Part shown: piece by piece, positions 1 to 11,077 of the stretch
Layout: each line of letters begins with the position of its first letter
Position numbering within the stretch: position 1 is the stretch's first letter
Origin: Chloropicon primus
Lineage: Eukaryota
DNA length: 64,000 nt
Direction of reading: 5' to 3'
Assembly: GCA_023205875.1 (NCBI GenBank)
Contig: CP060761.1
Location: 310,001-374,000, forward strand
Made by a program: the position numbers and the translations under genes
The notes under the pieces: generated by a model
What the model was told of the DNA's origin: nothing
What the model saw: the letters and a program-made list of their open reading frames with translations, nothing else
Databases searched by the model: none

Positions 1-158
1 CAAGACCCCCACACCGACCTGGACGTTTCTTCTCGGGAGAAAACCGTTTCATCTGAGAAAATCTCTATTTTGTGAAAGAGATTAGAAAGAAGCTCTCCTC
101 AGCCCCACGTTTGCGATAAGATTCGCTCTTGAGAGAGAGAGAGAGAGAGAGGGCAAGG

Positions 159-1304
159 ATGAGCGCGCTAGTGACGAGGAGTTGTGCCACGAGCAAGGTT
201 GGGGGAGCCAGGAGGGCGAGGAATCCTTTGTGTTTGCCATCCGTCGTGTTGGGTTCCCGAACGGCGAGCTTGAGGAGGCAGCATCAACAGCAGAAGCATG
301 ATGTGAGGGCCAACGCGAGTGTGTTTGTGGTGAACACGCCCGGAGGTGGCCACGCCGTGATTGGGTTCCACCTGGCCAAGCAGCTCGCGGAGCAGAACCA
401 CGATGTGACGATCATGGTTCCCGGGGACGAGGGAAGCGACAAGATGAACAAGGAGCCTTTCAGCAGGTTCGACGAGCTGAGGTCGATGGGCGTGAAGACG
501 GTGTGGGGCTCCACCTCTGACTGCGGGGCTTGCGCGTCGGGAAGCTACGACGTTGTGGTGGACAACAACGGCAAGGACTTGGACACTTGCCAGCCGGTCA
601 TCGACTGGGCTGTTGGGCAGGGAGCCAAGCAGTTCCTTTACGTGAGCTCCGCTGGGATCTACAAGCCGAGCGTCACCCCGCCGCACGTGGAGGGTGATCC
701 GGTCAAGGAGAGCGCGAGCCACGTCTCCGTGGAGAACTACTTGAGGTCCGCCTCCGTCGAGGAGAGCATTTTCAGGCCCCAGTACATCACCGGGGATGCC
801 AACAACAAGGACTGCGAGGAGTGGTTTTTCGACAGAATTGCGAGGGGGAGGCCCGTGCCCATCCCGGGCGACGGCATGGCTACCACGAACGTGGCCCAGG
901 TCGAGGACATGGCGAAGATGATGACCCTGGCCGTGGAGAACGACCAGGCCCATGGCGGGCTTTTCAACTGCGTCGGGGACAGGGGAGTCACCCTCAATGG
1001 GCTCGTGGAGCTGGCCGCTGAGGCCGCGGGCGTCGACATGGCCGACGTGAAGATCATCAACTACGACCCGGAAGAGGTCGGGGTCGAGGGCAAGAAGGCT
1101 TTTCCCTTCAGGTACACGTACCATTTCTTCTCCGAGCCGAGGGCCGCTGTGGCGAAGCTCGGAATGACGTACGAAAGGACCTTGGGCGACGCCCTCAAGG
1201 AGAGGTGGGCGGCTTACAAGGCCTCCGGGCGTGCGGAGAAGGACATGTCCTTCGAGATGGATGACAAGATCATCAGCGCCATGACCGAGAAGGTCGCTGC
1301 GTAA
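159..1304 (+). CDS. CSP41a: Chloroplast stem-loop binding protein CSP41a (atypical SDR/epimerase fold) with transit peptide
   Basis: VVNTPGGGHAVIGF, DVVVDNNGKDLD, FRPQY..G..NKDCEEWFFDRI and C-terminal FEMDDKII..KVAA match plant CSP41a; first ATG at 159, Arg/Ser-rich N-terminus. Confidence 0.92.
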   Translation: MSALVTRSCATSKVGGARRARNPLCLPSVVLGSRTASLRRQHQQQKHDVRANASVFVVNTPGGGHAVIGFHLAKQLAEQNHDVTIMVPGDEGSDKMNKEPFSRFDELRSMGVKTVWGSTSDCGACASGSYDVVVDNNGKDLDTCQPVIDWAVGQGAKQFLYVSSAGIYKPSVTPPHVEGDPVKESASHVSVENYLRSASVEESIFRPQYITGDANNKDCEEWFFDRIARGRPVPIPGDGMATTNVAQVEDMAKMMTLAVENDQAHGGLFNCVGDRGVTLNGLVELAAEAAGVDMADVKIINYDPEEVGVEGKKAFPFRYTYHFFSEPRAAVAKLGMTYERTLGDALKERWAAYKASGRAEKDMSFEMDDKIISAMTEKVAA

Positions 1305-1352
1305 ATTCTAGTTTACATTTTTTTAATAAAAAAGAAGCCCCATTCGTGGATA

Positions 1353-3251
1353 TCAAACCAGCAGGTACGTTTTCATCATGCCCTTGCCCTTCACTTCCAC
1401 CAAGTTTTGTCGCTCCTCCCACTGGAGGCTTGGGACGAACGCGTGGCACCTCTCGCTGACCTGGAGCCTGCCTGGCACCGAGGTCGACTCCATCCTCGAA
1501 GCCGTGTTCACCGTGTCACCGAACAAGCAGTAGCGTGGCATCACCTTCCCGATCACCCCCGAGACCACGTCGCCAGTGTGCGCCCCGGCTCGGATCTCGC
1601 ACCGCTCGCCGTTCGGCATGATCATCTCTGACGCCGCCTTCAAGGCCATCTTCCCGAAGATGATCGCGGAGTAGGCGTATCCCGAGGAAGTCTCCTCCTC
1701 CGGGGCAATGATCTCAGCATCTTGCAGCGAGAAGTAAAGGTCGTTCCCCGATTTATCCTTCCGTGCCTTATTCTTGTGCCTTGACTGCTGATCGTTGAGC
1801 ATCTGTGAGACGCGCAATTCCTGCATCGTTAAAGCACGTAGGTTATCGCTCAAGGACTCACTGCCGTCTCTGCGTGAAGTCATCGGGGAAGCCACGTCGT
1901 GGTTCAACCCGCTCGCGAGCATGAAGGCGTCTCCAATCGTCTCGACCTTCCACAGGTTCTTGTCCTCCTCCACGAAGCCATCGAAGGTCGTAAAAAGCTC
2001 GTGCAAGAACTCCATCACGTGGTGCGACGAACTCATCTGGCTCATTGAAGTGAAGCCGACTATGTCGGTGAAGACTATCGTCACCGACCTGTGGAAGTCC
2101 GCCCTGGTCCGTCCGATCATACAATGGTCCAAATCCAACGGGGAGGGGAGGGCCGTCGTGCCCACCCGCTGCTGCTGCTGCTCCTCTGACAGCTGAGTCA
2201 GCTCCCAGGCTATCTTCTTCGGAAAGACCGCATGCAGCAGATCTTTCTGCAGGCGGTGTTGCTGCGCGGTGTTGTTCACCAGGTTTTTAGTCAGCGCATG
2301 GACAACTTTCAGCTGAACGAAAATCCTTCGGTTCGCTGTGTCCTCTAGGCTCGACATCAACACGAGCGCGAGGAAAAAGAGAAGAAGCAAGGACAGGAAA
2401 AAAACCGACAAGATCTTTGCCATGATCTCGCACTGATCTGGATAGGCGTCGCAGAATGGTACACCTGTGACAGGTTTGACGGCCTGGATCCCCCCCTCAC
2501 CCACAAAGAAGGCCAGGACATCGAGCAATGTGAGGGTCATGCTGACACTAAGGAACTGCACAAAGGGGAGCCCGCAACAGCTAAAGGCAACGAGAAAGAG
2601 GCTATCAAACACCCAATTCACGGCCAGATGCCCATTGACACCCAAGAGGAAGGTTGGATCTGCCTCCCTCCATTTCCCAAACCTTGCGCTCTTCAGCGCG
2701 GTCGTGGCGAGGAAACAGAACTCGGTCAAGTGCAGCATCCACACCTTGTTCTTCACCCGCCTCAGGTAGTACAGGAGCACAACACCGAGGAGGCCGACGA
2801 TGAGAGGAATCTGAAAGATCAAAGACGCGATCACCTCGCTAGTTGACAGCTCTCTCTCCAATGCTGCTTCCGTTTCTGTCCCGTTGTAGTCGGTGTCAAC
2901 CACAGGAATCGCCTTCGCCGCGGGCAAGCCCCGTTGACTGGACTCGAGCAAGGCTGCCACCGTGTTGTCGGTGATGCTCGGATAGTAGACTATCGTGATC
3001 CACGAAAACACGTTCAGCCAATCCAAGCAAAGGTAGACCCCATATCCCAATACAATCCTCTTGATGCTCTTCTTCGCGAGCTGGTCGAGGTACTCGTCCT
3101 CCAAGTTCCTGTCGCAGAAGCCAAAGAACGTCCTGTTGGGGGTGCCGCAAATCGCCCCGCTGCTTGGGTTCACATGCTTGGCGAAGTCGAAGTCCTCCCG
3201 ATGAAGACACCTGCGCAGGCCAAAGTACGACAAGATTCCCAGGAATGCCAT
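1353..3251 (-). CDS. Membrane-bound class III nucleotidyl cyclase, probably a guanylate cyclase
   Basis: Several hydrophobic helices, then VTIVFTDIVGFT, KVETIGDAFM and MPRYCLFGDTVNTASRMES; the Glu/Cys pair indicates GTP specificity. Confidence 0.9.
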   Translation of the reverse strand: MAFLGILSYFGLRRCLHREDFDFAKHVNPSSGAICGTPNRTFFGFCDRNLEDEYLDQLAKKSIKRIVLGYGVYLCLDWLNVFSWITIVYYPSITDNTVAALLESSQRGLPAAKAIPVVDTDYNGTETEAALERELSTSEVIASLIFQIPLIVGLLGVVLLYYLRRVKNKVWMLHLTEFCFLATTALKSARFGKWREADPTFLLGVNGHLAVNWVFDSLFLVAFSCCGLPFVQFLSVSMTLTLLDVLAFFVGEGGIQAVKPVTGVPFCDAYPDQCEIMAKILSVFFLSLLLLFFLALVLMSSLEDTANRRIFVQLKVVHALTKNLVNNTAQQHRLQKDLLHAVFPKKIAWELTQLSEEQQQQRVGTTALPSPLDLDHCMIGRTRADFHRSVTIVFTDIVGFTSMSQMSSSHHVMEFLHELFTTFDGFVEEDKNLWKVETIGDAFMLASGLNHDVASPMTSRRDGSESLSDNLRALTMQELRVSQMLNDQQSRHKNKARKDKSGNDLYFSLQDAEIIAPEEETSSGYAYSAIIFGKMALKAASEMIMPNGERCEIRAGAHTGDVVSGVIGKVMPRYCLFGDTVNTASRMESTSVPGRLQVSERCHAFVPSLQWEERQNLVEVKGKGMMKTYLLV

Positions 3252-3727
3252 CGCAAACCCCGCCGCCCCCTCTCTCCTCCCTCCCGCCGCTCGTCCTCGT
3301 CGCCTCCCCTCCTCGGTGATCTACGCCTCGATTTCTTTCTGCCTCTCTGGGTCGTTTCGTGTCGTCAGATCCTCACCACTGGGTCGTTTCTTTCGAGCGA
3401 CGGCTCGTTCGAAAGCGCAAGAGACGACGCTTCCTTCTATCCTGTCCTCCGCCTCTCTCTCTTCCTCCGTCGCGCGCTCCCGTCCTCTTCGCTTCTCTCT
3501 CTCGTGCTCGTCTCGTCCTCGTTCGCCCTCGTGCCAGCCGTTATGATGGTTCAGCGGCAAGGGAAATGGCGGGAAAGGAGGGGATAGATGGAGGAGGGCC
3601 AACAACAACAGCAAGACGAAATTCTGAATCTCACCTTGAGGACAGCAATCGGCTATTTCGATGTGGAGCTCTTCTACTGTTATCATATATAATATAATGT
3701 ACACGAAACCCATTGACTTTTGTTTTT

Positions 3728-6700
3728 TCACTTCCAAGAAGAGCCTTTTTTGGACTTGGCGCTCGCCGTCGTCGTCGTGTGCTGTTGCTTCCTCGCCTCC
3801 TTCTTCCTCTTGGCGGTCTTCTTGCTCTTTACGGCCTTCTTGGCCTTCTCCAAGGAGAGGCTCTCTTTCAAGTTCTCGATCACTTTCTCGAGGTCGAGCT
3901 GCTTCACGGCCGCCTGCTCCGCCTCTTCCAGCTTCGCCGCTTCCTCCCGGCTTGGCTGCGGGAGCTCCGGCTCTCCCTTCTTCTCCATCCCCACGATGCT
4001 GGAGCACAGCTCAGCGTTCTCTGTGCTGAGCCTGCTGACCGCCTTCTGAAGCCGCTTGATGGAGACTTCTGCCTTGGCCACCTGAGAGTCCATCAGGAGG
4101 TTCGCCTTGTTCACGGCCACCAGATCATCCTTGAGCTTGGAGACTTCCTCGGCGTGCTCTGCCTTCAGGCCGGAGACGTGGGCCTCGTGCTCCTGCTTCA
4201 AGGTGGCGATGGCCGATTCAGCGACCTCCGATTTCGATCTCACGGTCTTCTCGAAGGCCTCCGATTGCTGCTCGATCGCAGTCAAAGCGTTCTCCATGGA
4301 TTCCTTCATGCTCTCCAGGGCTTCCGCTTTATCCCTCGCCTCGCCAATCCTCGTCTCTGCGCTGGATCTCTCCGCCTCCACCGCTCGGGTTCTCTCCTCG
4401 GCGGCCGCTGCCGTCAACTCGTCCCTCAGCTTGGCCATCATGCTGGCATGCTCATCCCTCAAGGCAGCGATCTCGTTGGCGTGGGCCTCCTTCAGGGACG
4501 AAATCGCGGCATCGGCCACCGAGGCCTTGGAGCCCAAGGCAAGCAGTTTCTCGTCGAACGAGGCCTGCATGGCTTCCTTCATCTCTTCGAGGGACGAGTC
4601 CCTGTCTCGGATGGCCTTGGCCTCAAATGCGGCCTTGGCCTCCTCGAGCTTAGCCTCGGCATCGGATGTCGCAGCCTCAATGACGCGAGACTTCTCCTCG
4701 GAGGCGGACCTCGTGAGCTCCTCCTTCAACTGGGAGATCTCACCCGCGTGCTTCTCCTTCAAGGCTGCAAGCTCGCTGGCGTGCTCCTCCTTCATGGACG
4801 AAAGGGCAGCCTCAGTCTCGGAGGCCCTGGAGCCCAAAGCCTTCTCAAGGGCCTCCTTGGACTGCTGCTTGAGGGTCTCTTCGAGGGCGGAGAGGGCGTT
4901 CTTCTTCTCCGACAGCAATTCCTCTCTCAAGGAAGCGATTGAATTTGTCTCATGCTCGGTCGCAAGGGTCTCGAGCTCCTTCTTCTGCCTGGTGAGGGCG
5001 CTGTTGAGCTCCTCGATGATTTTGAGAAGTTCCCTCTCGCTCAACTCCTTGCTCGCCTCCAAATCACGAATCTGATCAGCGTGCTCCTCCTTCTGATTCT
5101 TTGTCGCCTTTTCCAAGGCCTCGAGGGCAAGAAGAGACTCTTGCAGGGCAGCGATGGCTTCCTCCTTCTCCGCCAAAGCTTGCTGAAGCTGCTTGGTGAA
5201 TCCCGCGTTGAGAGAATCCATCTGGGATTTCAGGGAGGACTCGAGGGAGGACTGGGCCTGGGCCCTCAGCTCGCTCTCCTGCTTTGCCAACGCGGCATCC
5301 GTCATTCTCATATCCCTCAGGTCCATCTTTGCATCGAATTCGGTTTGCAGCTTTGCTTGCTGCTCGGTGAGCTTTTGTTTGAAGTCCGCCTCGAGCTTCT
5401 CCTGCAGGGCGGAGCGCTGGTCAGCGGCAGCCTGGGTCAGCTTTGACTGCTGCTCCTGCAGCTTCTCGACAAAATTCATCAGCTGCTCCCTGAGGGAACC
5501 AAGGTCCTGCTCTCTGATCTGAAGCTCCCTCTTCAGCGTCGCCTTCTCTGCCTTGAGCTCCTGTATCTCCTCCCTGCCGAGAGTCCTCCTCAGCCTCTCC
5601 TGCTCTTCGAGCACAACGGACAGCTTGCTCAAGCTCTGCTTGTGCTTGCAGACGAGCTCGAAGTTCTCTGCTGCCTGCTTGTCGATCGTGCTGATCAGAA
5701 GGCCGTTCCTCTTGAGCAACTCGTCTTTCGTTCTCTTGGCGGCCGTTGTCACGGAATCCAGAGTGGATTTCAACGCTTCGTTCTGTCTCCTGAGGCGAAG
5801 GGTGCAGCTGGTGGCGTGCACCAGAGCCGTCTCCGAGTCCGTCTCCTCCGAGCTGCTGGAGCACTCCTCCTCCTCCTCCGAGGAGAAGTAGACGCCGCCG
5901 TCGGCGGAGCACAGGGGATTGTGGTTGGTGTCGATGGTATTGACCTGACAGCTGAAATCTAACCACTGAGTCGTGTTGAGGACAACGATGTCCTTTGATT
6001 CCTCCTCCCTGGTGGTCAGGGCACGCGCCTCTTCCTGCCGAATGGCCGCCTCGTGCTCCCTCCTCGCCATCTCGGACTCTGTTCTCTCCAATTCAAAGTC
6101 GAGCCTTTGCATGGTCTCCTCCTGGGCCTTCCTGACAACCTCAGACCTGCCCAGCTCCGACTCGAGCCTCAGCGTCTCCTCGCGCGCCGTCCTCACTTCC
6201 GCCTCGGATCTTTCCAACTTCTTGCCGAGACTCGTGTTCTGCATCAGGGACAGCAGGAGCATGACTCCGATCTTCGCCGCCTCTGCTTCGTTCGCCTGAC
6301 CCGACAAGACCGTTCCCACCGCCTTGTTCGCAGTGGGGGCGGCTTGAGGAGTCCCCACCGCCTTGTGCACCGCGGGCGCGGCTTGGGAGGTCCCCACCGC
6401 CTTGTCCTCGACCGCCTTGTCCAGCGAGCTCCTGAGAAACTCGCACTCCTCCTCGAGCTCGCCTATGAGGAGCTGAGCTCCCGGACTGCCCCTCACCTCG
6501 AGGTCCTCCAACCCAATGAAGTCGAAGGCATCCAGCGAGTGCTCCACCGACGACGCCCTCTTCCTTGCCCCTGGGTGGTCACCACGACGCCCACTCACCA
6601 CAGCAGTCTCCTCGACCGTCACCGTCTTGCTATTGCAGGTCTGAAAGGACGTCGCCTCGCTGTTGCTGTTGCTGTTGCTCCTCGTCCACTCGCCAAGGGG

Positions 6701-6928
6701 AGCCCTCTTGCTGCCATTGCTGCTGTTGGACCAAGTCCTCACGCTTCCGCTATTCTCCTTGTCGCTCTCGGCCTCAAACTTCGCCTTCGTCTTCGCGTTT
6801 TTCGCGTCTTCGCGTCGGTCACCCAAGTTTCGCTCGCTCCTGATGCCCTTTGTCCTCTTGAACTTCAACCGCCTGATGGGAACGACGTCGCCCAAAGCGT
6901 TCGTCGACATCTCCCTCTGCCTCGCCAT
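3728..6928 (-). CDS. Large coiled-coil protein of unknown function (1066 aa) with internal repeats
   Basis: Long E/K/A/L heptad-rich ORF with genome-typical codon bias; 13-aa KAVGT repeats and three ~100-aa repeats. Confidence 0.75.
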   Translation of the reverse strand: MARQREMSTNALGDVVPIRRLKFKRTKGIRSERNLGDRREDAKNAKTKAKFEAESDKENSGSVRTWSNSSNGSKRAPLGEWTRSNSNSNSEATSFQTCNSKTVTVEETAVVSGRRGDHPGARKRASSVEHSLDAFDFIGLEDLEVRGSPGAQLLIGELEEECEFLRSSLDKAVEDKAVGTSQAAPAVHKAVGTPQAAPTANKAVGTVLSGQANEAEAAKIGVMLLLSLMQNTSLGKKLERSEAEVRTAREETLRLESELGRSEVVRKAQEETMQRLDFELERTESEMARREHEAAIRQEEARALTTREEESKDIVVLNTTQWLDFSCQVNTIDTNHNPLCSADGGVYFSSEEEEECSSSSEETDSETALVHATSCTLRLRRQNEALKSTLDSVTTAAKRTKDELLKRNGLLISTIDKQAAENFELVCKHKQSLSKLSVVLEEQERLRRTLGREEIQELKAEKATLKRELQIREQDLGSLREQLMNFVEKLQEQQSKLTQAAADQRSALQEKLEADFKQKLTEQQAKLQTEFDAKMDLRDMRMTDAALAKQESELRAQAQSSLESSLKSQMDSLNAGFTKQLQQALAEKEEAIAALQESLLALEALEKATKNQKEEHADQIRDLEASKELSERELLKIIEELNSALTRQKKELETLATEHETNSIASLREELLSEKKNALSALEETLKQQSKEALEKALGSRASETEAALSSMKEEHASELAALKEKHAGEISQLKEELTRSASEEKSRVIEAATSDAEAKLEEAKAAFEAKAIRDRDSSLEEMKEAMQASFDEKLLALGSKASVADAAISSLKEAHANEIAALRDEHASMMAKLRDELTAAAAEERTRAVEAERSSAETRIGEARDKAEALESMKESMENALTAIEQQSEAFEKTVRSKSEVAESAIATLKQEHEAHVSGLKAEHAEEVSKLKDDLVAVNKANLLMDSQVAKAEVSIKRLQKAVSRLSTENAELCSSIVGMEKKGEPELPQPSREEAAKLEEAEQAAVKQLDLEKVIENLKESLSLEKAKKAVKSKKTAKRKKEARKQQHTTTTASAKSKKGSSWK

Positions 6929-7196
6929 GGCCTCCTCCTACGAACTCCTCTCCTCTACAGGAAGAAGAAAGAAAAAAAGAAACCAAAAGTATGATGAGCG
7001 AGATGAGAGAGAGAGAGGAGAGGAGAGGAGAGGAAAGACGTTCCTCTTCGCTTTCGCTTTCCTCGTCGTCGTCCTCGTCGTCGTCGTCGTCGTCGTCCGC
7101 CTCCTCTTCTCGTCGGAGGCGACAGGTGGATTTCACGATTTTGAATTCCAACGATCTGATGGATGGGATGGGGATAAGGATGGTGCAGGATGGTGA

Positions 7197-7808
7197 GGGG
7201 GAGGAGGAGGGGGATGAGGGCGATGATCGAGGCAGGGGGTGGTGCGAGAGGGTAGAGGGAGATGGCACCAGGGTGTGTTCTCTCTTTCCTCTTCCTCTTT
7301 CTCGGAGAGACCTCGCTTGAGGAGAATGATGATGAGGGAGGCAAGGGGAAAGGCCATCATCAGGATGATGATCAGGGCGATGATGGAGGCAGGGGGTGGT
7401 GCGAGAGGGTAGAGGGAGATGGCACCAGGGTGTGTTCTCTCTTTCCTCTTCCTCTTTCTCAGAGAGACCTCGCTTGAGGAGAATGATGATGAGGGAGGCA
7501 AGGGGAAAGGCCATCATCAGGATGATGATCAGGGCGATGATGGAGGCAGGGGGTGGTGCGAGAGGGTAGAGGGAGATGGCACCAGGGTGTGTTCTCTCTT
7601 TCCTCTTCCTCTTTCTCGGAGAGACCTCGCTTGAGGAGAATGATGATGAGGGAGGCAAGGGGAAAGGCCATCATCAGGATGATGATCAGGGCGATGATGG
7701 AGGCAGGGGGTGGTGCGAGAGGGTAGAGGGAGATGGCACCAGGGTGTGTTCTCTCTTTCCTCTTCCTTTTTGTCGGAGAATGATGATGAGGGAGGAAGGG
7801 GAAAGGCC
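7197..7808. repeat. Tandem array of a 157-bp unit (~3.8 copies), family A
   Basis: ATGGCACCAGGG recurs at 7262, 7419, 7576 and 7733; units nearly identical. Confidence 0.95.
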
Positions 7809-8136
7809 AAGATACCAGTGGGAGGGACCCTCTCTCCTGTAACCGAAAGGCTCTTGAGGAGGCGGAGGGAGTGGTCTGCCAACAAAACGACTCAAACTAG
7901 AATTAATGGACGAGCACTAGCTCCATTCATTGGCGTGGGTTGCAGTTGGGTTGGGTTGTTTGCAAGTTTTTGTGGGTGTCTATGAAGAGTAAATCGTGGA
8001 GCGTGGAAGTCTAGGACTGACAGGCTGACGTGTTTTGTGACTGACAGGCTGGCGTGAGCTTAGTTTTGTTGCTTTGGCGCGTGTGGCGACGATCACTACG
8101 AGGAAGGCTTGGGCTGGCAAGTACGGAGGAAGTCCA

Positions 8137-8994
8137 ATGACAACCACTGGTGTCTTCAATTTCAGGCGGCTGAAGGTGGGCTGCGACCCGGCCAACGTTT
8201 TCGAGTGCTACGAGCAGGACACGCACACCTTGGAGGTTCGCAACGCTCGGGTTCTGCCGCGGGCGGACATTTTGCTGCCTAGCTCCGCGGGCTTTACTTT
8301 GGTGTCGCATGTAAGCTCCATCACGGACTGGTTGAACGAGGAGTTACTGACGTCGACCTATTACGATGAGGTGTTCGCTGTGCTGCGGGAGTTGACGGGT
8401 GCGGAACACATATTCCTGGGTGGGCCTCACGTCAGCCGACGCGAGGACTCGGATAAGCAGGAGTCCATGCCGCTCTTCCACCTACACAACGATTATACCG
8501 GCAACATGAAAGAGGCATATATGTGTGCCCTGAGTGGCGAAGAACCCAACCAGTCGTGGACAATGGAGGAGAAGCTCGCAACGTCGTTTGTCAATAGCAG
8601 CGACGTGCCCGCACAGATGAAGGCGGCTGGTCTCACGGCTGAACGGCTCGCTGAGCGTCGTATGGTGTTGCTGAACACTTGGAGAAATACTAGTGACGAG
8701 CCGGTGAGACGCTGCCCTCTCGCCGTCGCTGACAAGCGCACCATCAAAAGCGGCGACGGTTGCGGCGGCGTTGTCGGGAGGGTTGGCTTGACCCGACGCG
8801 AGGGGCAGCAATTCTATTATTATCCTGGGCTGACCAGAGAGGAGCTGTTGGTCTTTATCGGCTACGACTCGGACACCAAGGAGCACGCGCCCTGTGCGCA
8901 CTCTGCCTTTGAGGATTTGAACACCCCGGCGGATGCTCCGCCGAGGCAGTCTATCGAGATGCGTTGTGTCCTGGTCATGCCGGCTCAGTCATAG
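8137..8994 (+). CDS. CmcJ/NvfI family (AsaB/GA4-desaturase-like) putative Fe/2OG oxidoreductase
   Basis: LEVRNAR, GFTLVSH, YYDEV..LTGA, HLHNDYT, NTWR..PV..PLAVAD, FYYYP..E.LVF.GYDS, AHSAFED..PPRQSIEMR; first ATG at 8137. Confidence 0.8.
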   Translation: MTTTGVFNFRRLKVGCDPANVFECYEQDTHTLEVRNARVLPRADILLPSSAGFTLVSHVSSITDWLNEELLTSTYYDEVFAVLRELTGAEHIFLGGPHVSRREDSDKQESMPLFHLHNDYTGNMKEAYMCALSGEEPNQSWTMEEKLATSFVNSSDVPAQMKAAGLTAERLAERRMVLLNTWRNTSDEPVRRCPLAVADKRTIKSGDGCGGVVGRVGLTRREGQQFYYYPGLTREELLVFIGYDSDTKEHAPCAHSAFEDLNTPADAPPRQSIEMRCVLVMPAQS

Positions 8995-9143
8995 CCAAAT
9001 CGTGCATATCTTGGGCGCGGCGTGTGAGACTGGGGCACGATTGGACAGGGCTTGTGCTGATGTGAGCTACTAGGATCAACTAAACTTCTTCGACCACGTG
9101 CATTACGTTGTGCTCGAGGGGAAAAAAAATAAACAAAAAAGGA

Positions 9144-10038
9144 TTACGATTTGGGTCCGTCGACGCGCCAGTCGGTGTCGAGGTGGACTTCGGGGTAGCG
9201 GCACCGCCTCGGGTTGAACGTGGGGTCGCACGCCGCGACGATGAAGAACCCAAGACACTGGTCTTCGCTCCCCATGCCGAGGTACTCTGCCATGTCCTCC
9301 GAGTCCCGCGCTGCGGCGTGCCAAGAGCTCCAGTAACAAGCTAGCCCGGGGTGCCGGCTCGCCTGTAAGTGCATGTTCTGCACAGCGCAGGCCGTTGCGC
9401 AGATCTCTTCCCACATGGGGACCCTTTTCGATCCGGCTTGCCTCTTCACGACAATGGCGATCATGTACGACACCGGGCCCCACCTCCCGGTGATCTCTTC
9501 CTCCGTCTTGCTCCTCCACCTTTGGTACTCGTATTCGGTGGAGTGCTTGCCCAGATCGCGCCAGTTCTCGTCGTAGAACGAGAGGGTGAGCCGCTGCATG
9601 TCGACCATCGCCTGGCGCCCGAGGACCACGAACCTCCATGGGGGCTTTGGGCCGTGGTACGGCGCGTACATCGCCGCGGATAGCAGCCTGTCCACGACGG
9701 CGCGGGGCACGTCCCGCTTCACGTAGGACCTGTGGAGGGAAGGGAGCGAGGAGTCAGGACGACGACGATGGTGCTGATGGTGATGATGATGGGTCCAATC
9801 ACACGACAAGTGCGAAGAAGTGGGTGGACTATGGATGCGCGTTCGCCTTTGCCTTCGCGTCCGTGGCTTACCTCGGGAAGACGGACCGGCGGGCCGTGCA
9901 CGCCGCAAAAAGGGTACCCTCAGGCTCCTCGCCTTCCGATACCTTTGAAGGCGACGACATGAACGATCCCAGCGGACTCCTGAGGTAATCGGTCCAACTC
10001 GTCTTGCACAGGAGCTCGTAGACGTACGCGAACACCAT
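9144..10038 (-). CDS. Nitroreductase family protein (YdjA-like); 2 exons 10038-9872 and 9729-9144
   Basis: GT-AG intron 9871-9730 restores RRSVFPRSY..DVP; AAMYAPYHG..PPWRFVV, CAVQNMHL, YWSS. Confidence 0.85.
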
Positions 10039-11077
10039 GGTGGAGGAGTGAAGTGAAGTGAAGTGAAGTGAATTGGATTGCTGCTGGAGATGATGGAGAT
10101 GGCGGTCAGATCTCTGGAGAAGAAGAAGAAGATGATGATGATGATGAGGAGGAGGAGGACGGATCCGGAGGTTTCGTGAATCTGATCCCCTCGTGTTGAC
10201 CGTAACTCCAACCCCAGGAGACTCTGCACCACTAACGGTGCAGGTTAACAATCCAACCAACCTCGGTTCCTCTCTTCTTACTGCAATGGAGGGGGTCGTT
10301 GGAAAGAGGAAGACCGCGCCGTTGTGATGATGGATGCCTCGCTCCTCACTCCTCGTCCTCGTCCTCCGCAACACAACAACAAGTGATCCATCGTCGATCG
10401 ATCACTCCTTCGATCGATCCCCTCACGGATCTTCGAATATTCGATTTACGGACGTTACCTCGACGAAATCCGAAATCCATAAAAACCTTAAACCTCAACA
10501 CGCAAAACTAACGGATGTAAGGCACGTGTAACGTCATGGGAAGAAGACGTTATAATTCGAATGAATGACGAGGAATGATGACAGCAGCTGATGTCAAGTG
10601 TCGTGTTGGAAAAAGACGACGGCGACGACGACGACGACGACGAAAGGTAAGGCCAACGCGAGGGACGGAAGGTTCCTCTCCCTCCATCCAACACGACACA
10701 CCCTCCCCTCGCCCTCTCCATCCTCTCTCTCTCTCTCTCAATACCAATACCAATGCCTGGCATCTCTGCTGCTGCTGCTGCTGCTTCCTCCCTGTTGAAT
10801 GATCCTTTAAAGTTGTTTTCTTTCGAGAGGTGAGAGGAAGTGCGAAGCGGTGGTCGTGGGTTTGACCCCCGACACTGTTTGCTCTTGACCCCTTTGCTCG
10901 CGTCGATCCCTCCTCGCCTGAATTGGATGACGCCGTTCTGAGACGGACTGACCTGACGCGTCACGTGGTGCATTGTTGATCTTGATCTGACCGTGCATTG
11001 CTTTTTTCCTCCTCTTAGTTTGGATTCACTCACTCGCTCACTCACTCATTCATTCATTCGGGAACAACAACAGCAAC

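Noticed and set aside
7197..7808. CRISPR array or coding ORFs in the 157-bp repeat
   Set aside because: No unique spacers and no cas genes; eukaryotic context; period not a multiple of 3; ORFs are low-complexity.
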